A DNA stretch of 64,000 nucleotides from Podarcis vaucheri (taxonomy: Eukaryota). Shown here piece by piece: positions 61,955 to 64,000 of the stretch (within the stretch, counting starts at the first letter, position 1; the number at the start of each line of letters is the position of its first letter). A program made the position numbers and the translations under genes. A model generated the notes under the pieces. It was not told where the DNA came from and searched no databases. It saw only the letters and a program-made list of their open reading frames with translations. Where the stretch lies: assembly GCA_965113315.1 (NCBI GenBank), contig OZ220364.1, one strand, 5' to 3'.

Positions 61955-62290
61955 CACAAATGACAGCGTTAGCCATTAGAATCACTCTTTGAATTAATTA
62001 CCCAGAAATATGCTTTCAAATCTTCCACTCCATGTCACAGCACATTTAAAGGGCAGTCTGGGTGGGGTTTTACACGCGCTGTTTTGACTGGCCTTTCCTA
62101 GTTAATGCGCCTGTTAACACCCTTATCAGCGCTGTCACTGGAACTGCACTCATTCTCTTTACTGCACACCGATGGAGTTTGTGTTGGGGAAATAATCTGT
62201 TTCAGGCTTCTGGTGTGCTTTTGCTTTGCTTTTATTTCCTTTTTAATCGACATAGGCATTGTCGAGGTAAACAAACCTGGTAGACAGAAG
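61955..62290. promoter_or_regulatory. Candidate conserved non-coding element
   Basis: TGACAG, CTTTGAA (TCF), TTAATTA, CTTATC (GATA) and CTGTCA in unique sequence. Confidence 0.4.
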
Positions 62291-62484
62291 GTGTGAAGGG
62301 CCCTAGTGCTGAGTACCAACACTTACTCTTACATCACCCATACTCACATATGAGTAAGAGCAAGTGAAGAGAGATGGTTTTCAATACATTGTGGTTATCC
62401 TTGGAAGACTGCACAATCTGACTGCAGAAGCCCAACCATGCTCCATCAAGCAGTGTTTCCATTACGGAGGGAATCATTTGGTTT

Positions 62485-62735
62485 GAGAGCCAGTGTGGTA
62501 TAGTGGTTAAGAGCGAGAGACTCGTAATCTGGGGAACTGGATTCGCTTCCCCGCTCCTCCACATGCAGCTGCTGGGTGACCTTGGGCCAGTCACATTTCT
62601 CTGAAGTCTCTCAGCCCCACTCACCTCACAGAGTGTTTGTTGTGGTGGAGGAAGGGAAAGGAAAATGTTAGCCTCTTTGAGACTCCTTCGGATTGTGATA
62701 AAGCGGGATATCAAATCCAAACTCTTCTTCTTCTT
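62485..62735 (+). mobile_element. tRNA-derived SINE (MIR/CORE-like body, (TTC)n tail), full length
   Basis: A-box TGGTATAGTGGTTAAGAGC, core GGGTGACCTTGGGCCAGTCAC...CTCTCAGCC and tail TCAAATCCAAACTCTTCTTCTTC. Confidence 0.82.
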
Positions 62736-63022
62736 ACCCGTATGCAGAGGGCTAGTCATTGTTGCTGGAAAAAGATTAGCTTTGGCGCCAAACAAATGAG
62801 ACTTCCGCCTCATCCTTTATAGTGAGAAAGGTAATAGAGGCAGCTATTAGATGGTGTGGGAAGCAACAGGCCCATCACTATCTCCCCCTCTGCCAACCTG
62901 CTCCATTTTGAACACCTGCCCATTTGAAAACAATTTACACCCTTTTGTTTACTCCCTTTCCCCTACTCTTTGGATGGCTTGCACAATTGCCCTCTACAGT
63001 GCTCCTTCCTAAAAATCAGGGA

Positions 63023-63158
63023 ATCAGGGGAACCTGTGGCCCCCCAAACACTGTTGAATTCTAGCCCTCACTAGCCCCAGCGAGCAGGCCCAATGGTCAG
63101 GAATGATGGGAGCTGCTGTCCAGCCAACATCTGGAAAGGCAAAGGTTCCTCATCCCTG
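63023..63158. mobile_element. Old hAT/Charlie-like MITE
   Basis: GGGGAACCTGTGGCCC...GATGGGAGCTG...AACATCTGGA...AGGTTCCTCATCCCTG. Related pieces at ~32590-32720, ~34630-35160 and ~52730-52820. Confidence 0.6.
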
Positions 63159-64000
63159 ATGTAAATTTATCACCTCTACCTTCTCCTGAAGCAAGGAGAA
63201 GTGATAACCCACCTTGGTTGGAGTGGACAGGGCCAACATCAAGGGTTTGGCATCACTGGGCAACACTCCAGAAGTCTCCTCACTTTTGGCAGCCCCCCAA
63301 ACCCTCTGGATTTCTTGCTCCTTGTTGTTACTGCCTGTTCACTTGCTCTCTTAAAACACGGAAGTGCTGAGCAGTGACAAGACCAAAGAGAAGGAGCTGC
63401 AGCTTCCACTCGCATTCTCTCTCTCTCAATCTCTCTCTCTCTCCCTCCCTCCCTCTCTCTCTCTGGGTGGCAGTGCAGACTGTACCCAACAGAGAGAATG
63501 AATGGCTGCTGGTCATAATGGCAATGTGGTGAGTCCCATTATGGCAGCTTTCCAAAGGCCACACACACACACACGTGTGTGCGCATTTGTGTTTGTGTGT
63601 ATAACAGGAGTTGCCACTGGAGATAGGGATTCTGCTCCAGCATGAGAACAGTGCTAACAGAAAGCTTCCATTACTCGCCAATCTTGAATAGCCTGCAAGG
63701 AGGGAGACAGAGCAAATATCAACTATTATTTTCTGGTGTGTGAAACGCTAGTTGTACATTCAATGCAACGTAACAGTGGGCAGAATTTAATGTCGACTCC
63801 TAGTACATTTTTATGTGCTTTTGCTGCATAGTAGGAAGAAAGGACAATCACCCTGCCCAGGAAACTCACAGTCTAGTTTGACAGACAAGATCTGGGTCCA
63901 GTTCTCTGCTAGGCCACCTGAAATGCCAAATGTGTTTCTGGTCTGCATCACTTCACCCCACCCAGGTGGGGCAGGGGGTTCATTTGTCTGAATGCTCTTC

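Overview
A 64-kb window of vertebrate nuclear DNA, most likely from a squamate and probably a lacertid lizard. This is inferred from Sauria SINEs, Bov-B/RTE, CR1 and L2 LINEs, and hAT/Tigger MITEs. I recognise no host protein-coding exon. The window looks like a large intron or gene desert: repeat-poor blocks rich in developmental transcription-factor motifs (probable conserved non-coding enhancers) alternate with transposable elements. The standout feature is a complete 5,000-bp Ty1/copia LTR retrotransposon on the minus strand (26569-31568). It has two 311-bp LTRs that are identical by eye, a perfect 5-bp TSD (GTCTC), a PPT and one uninterrupted 1332-aa Gag-PR-IN-RT-RNaseH ORF. Its primer-binding site is unusual: it resembles the copia half-tRNAiMet site but has two of the three anticodon-pairing bases changed. 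The element looks very recent and possibly still mobile. The window also holds two near-identical young 5'-truncated CR1 LINEs about 1.1 kb apart, several nested insertions and several tiny MITEs with clear TSDs. Most short ORFs in the supplied track look spurious. No database searches or alignments were run; family names are from recall and by-eye comparison.
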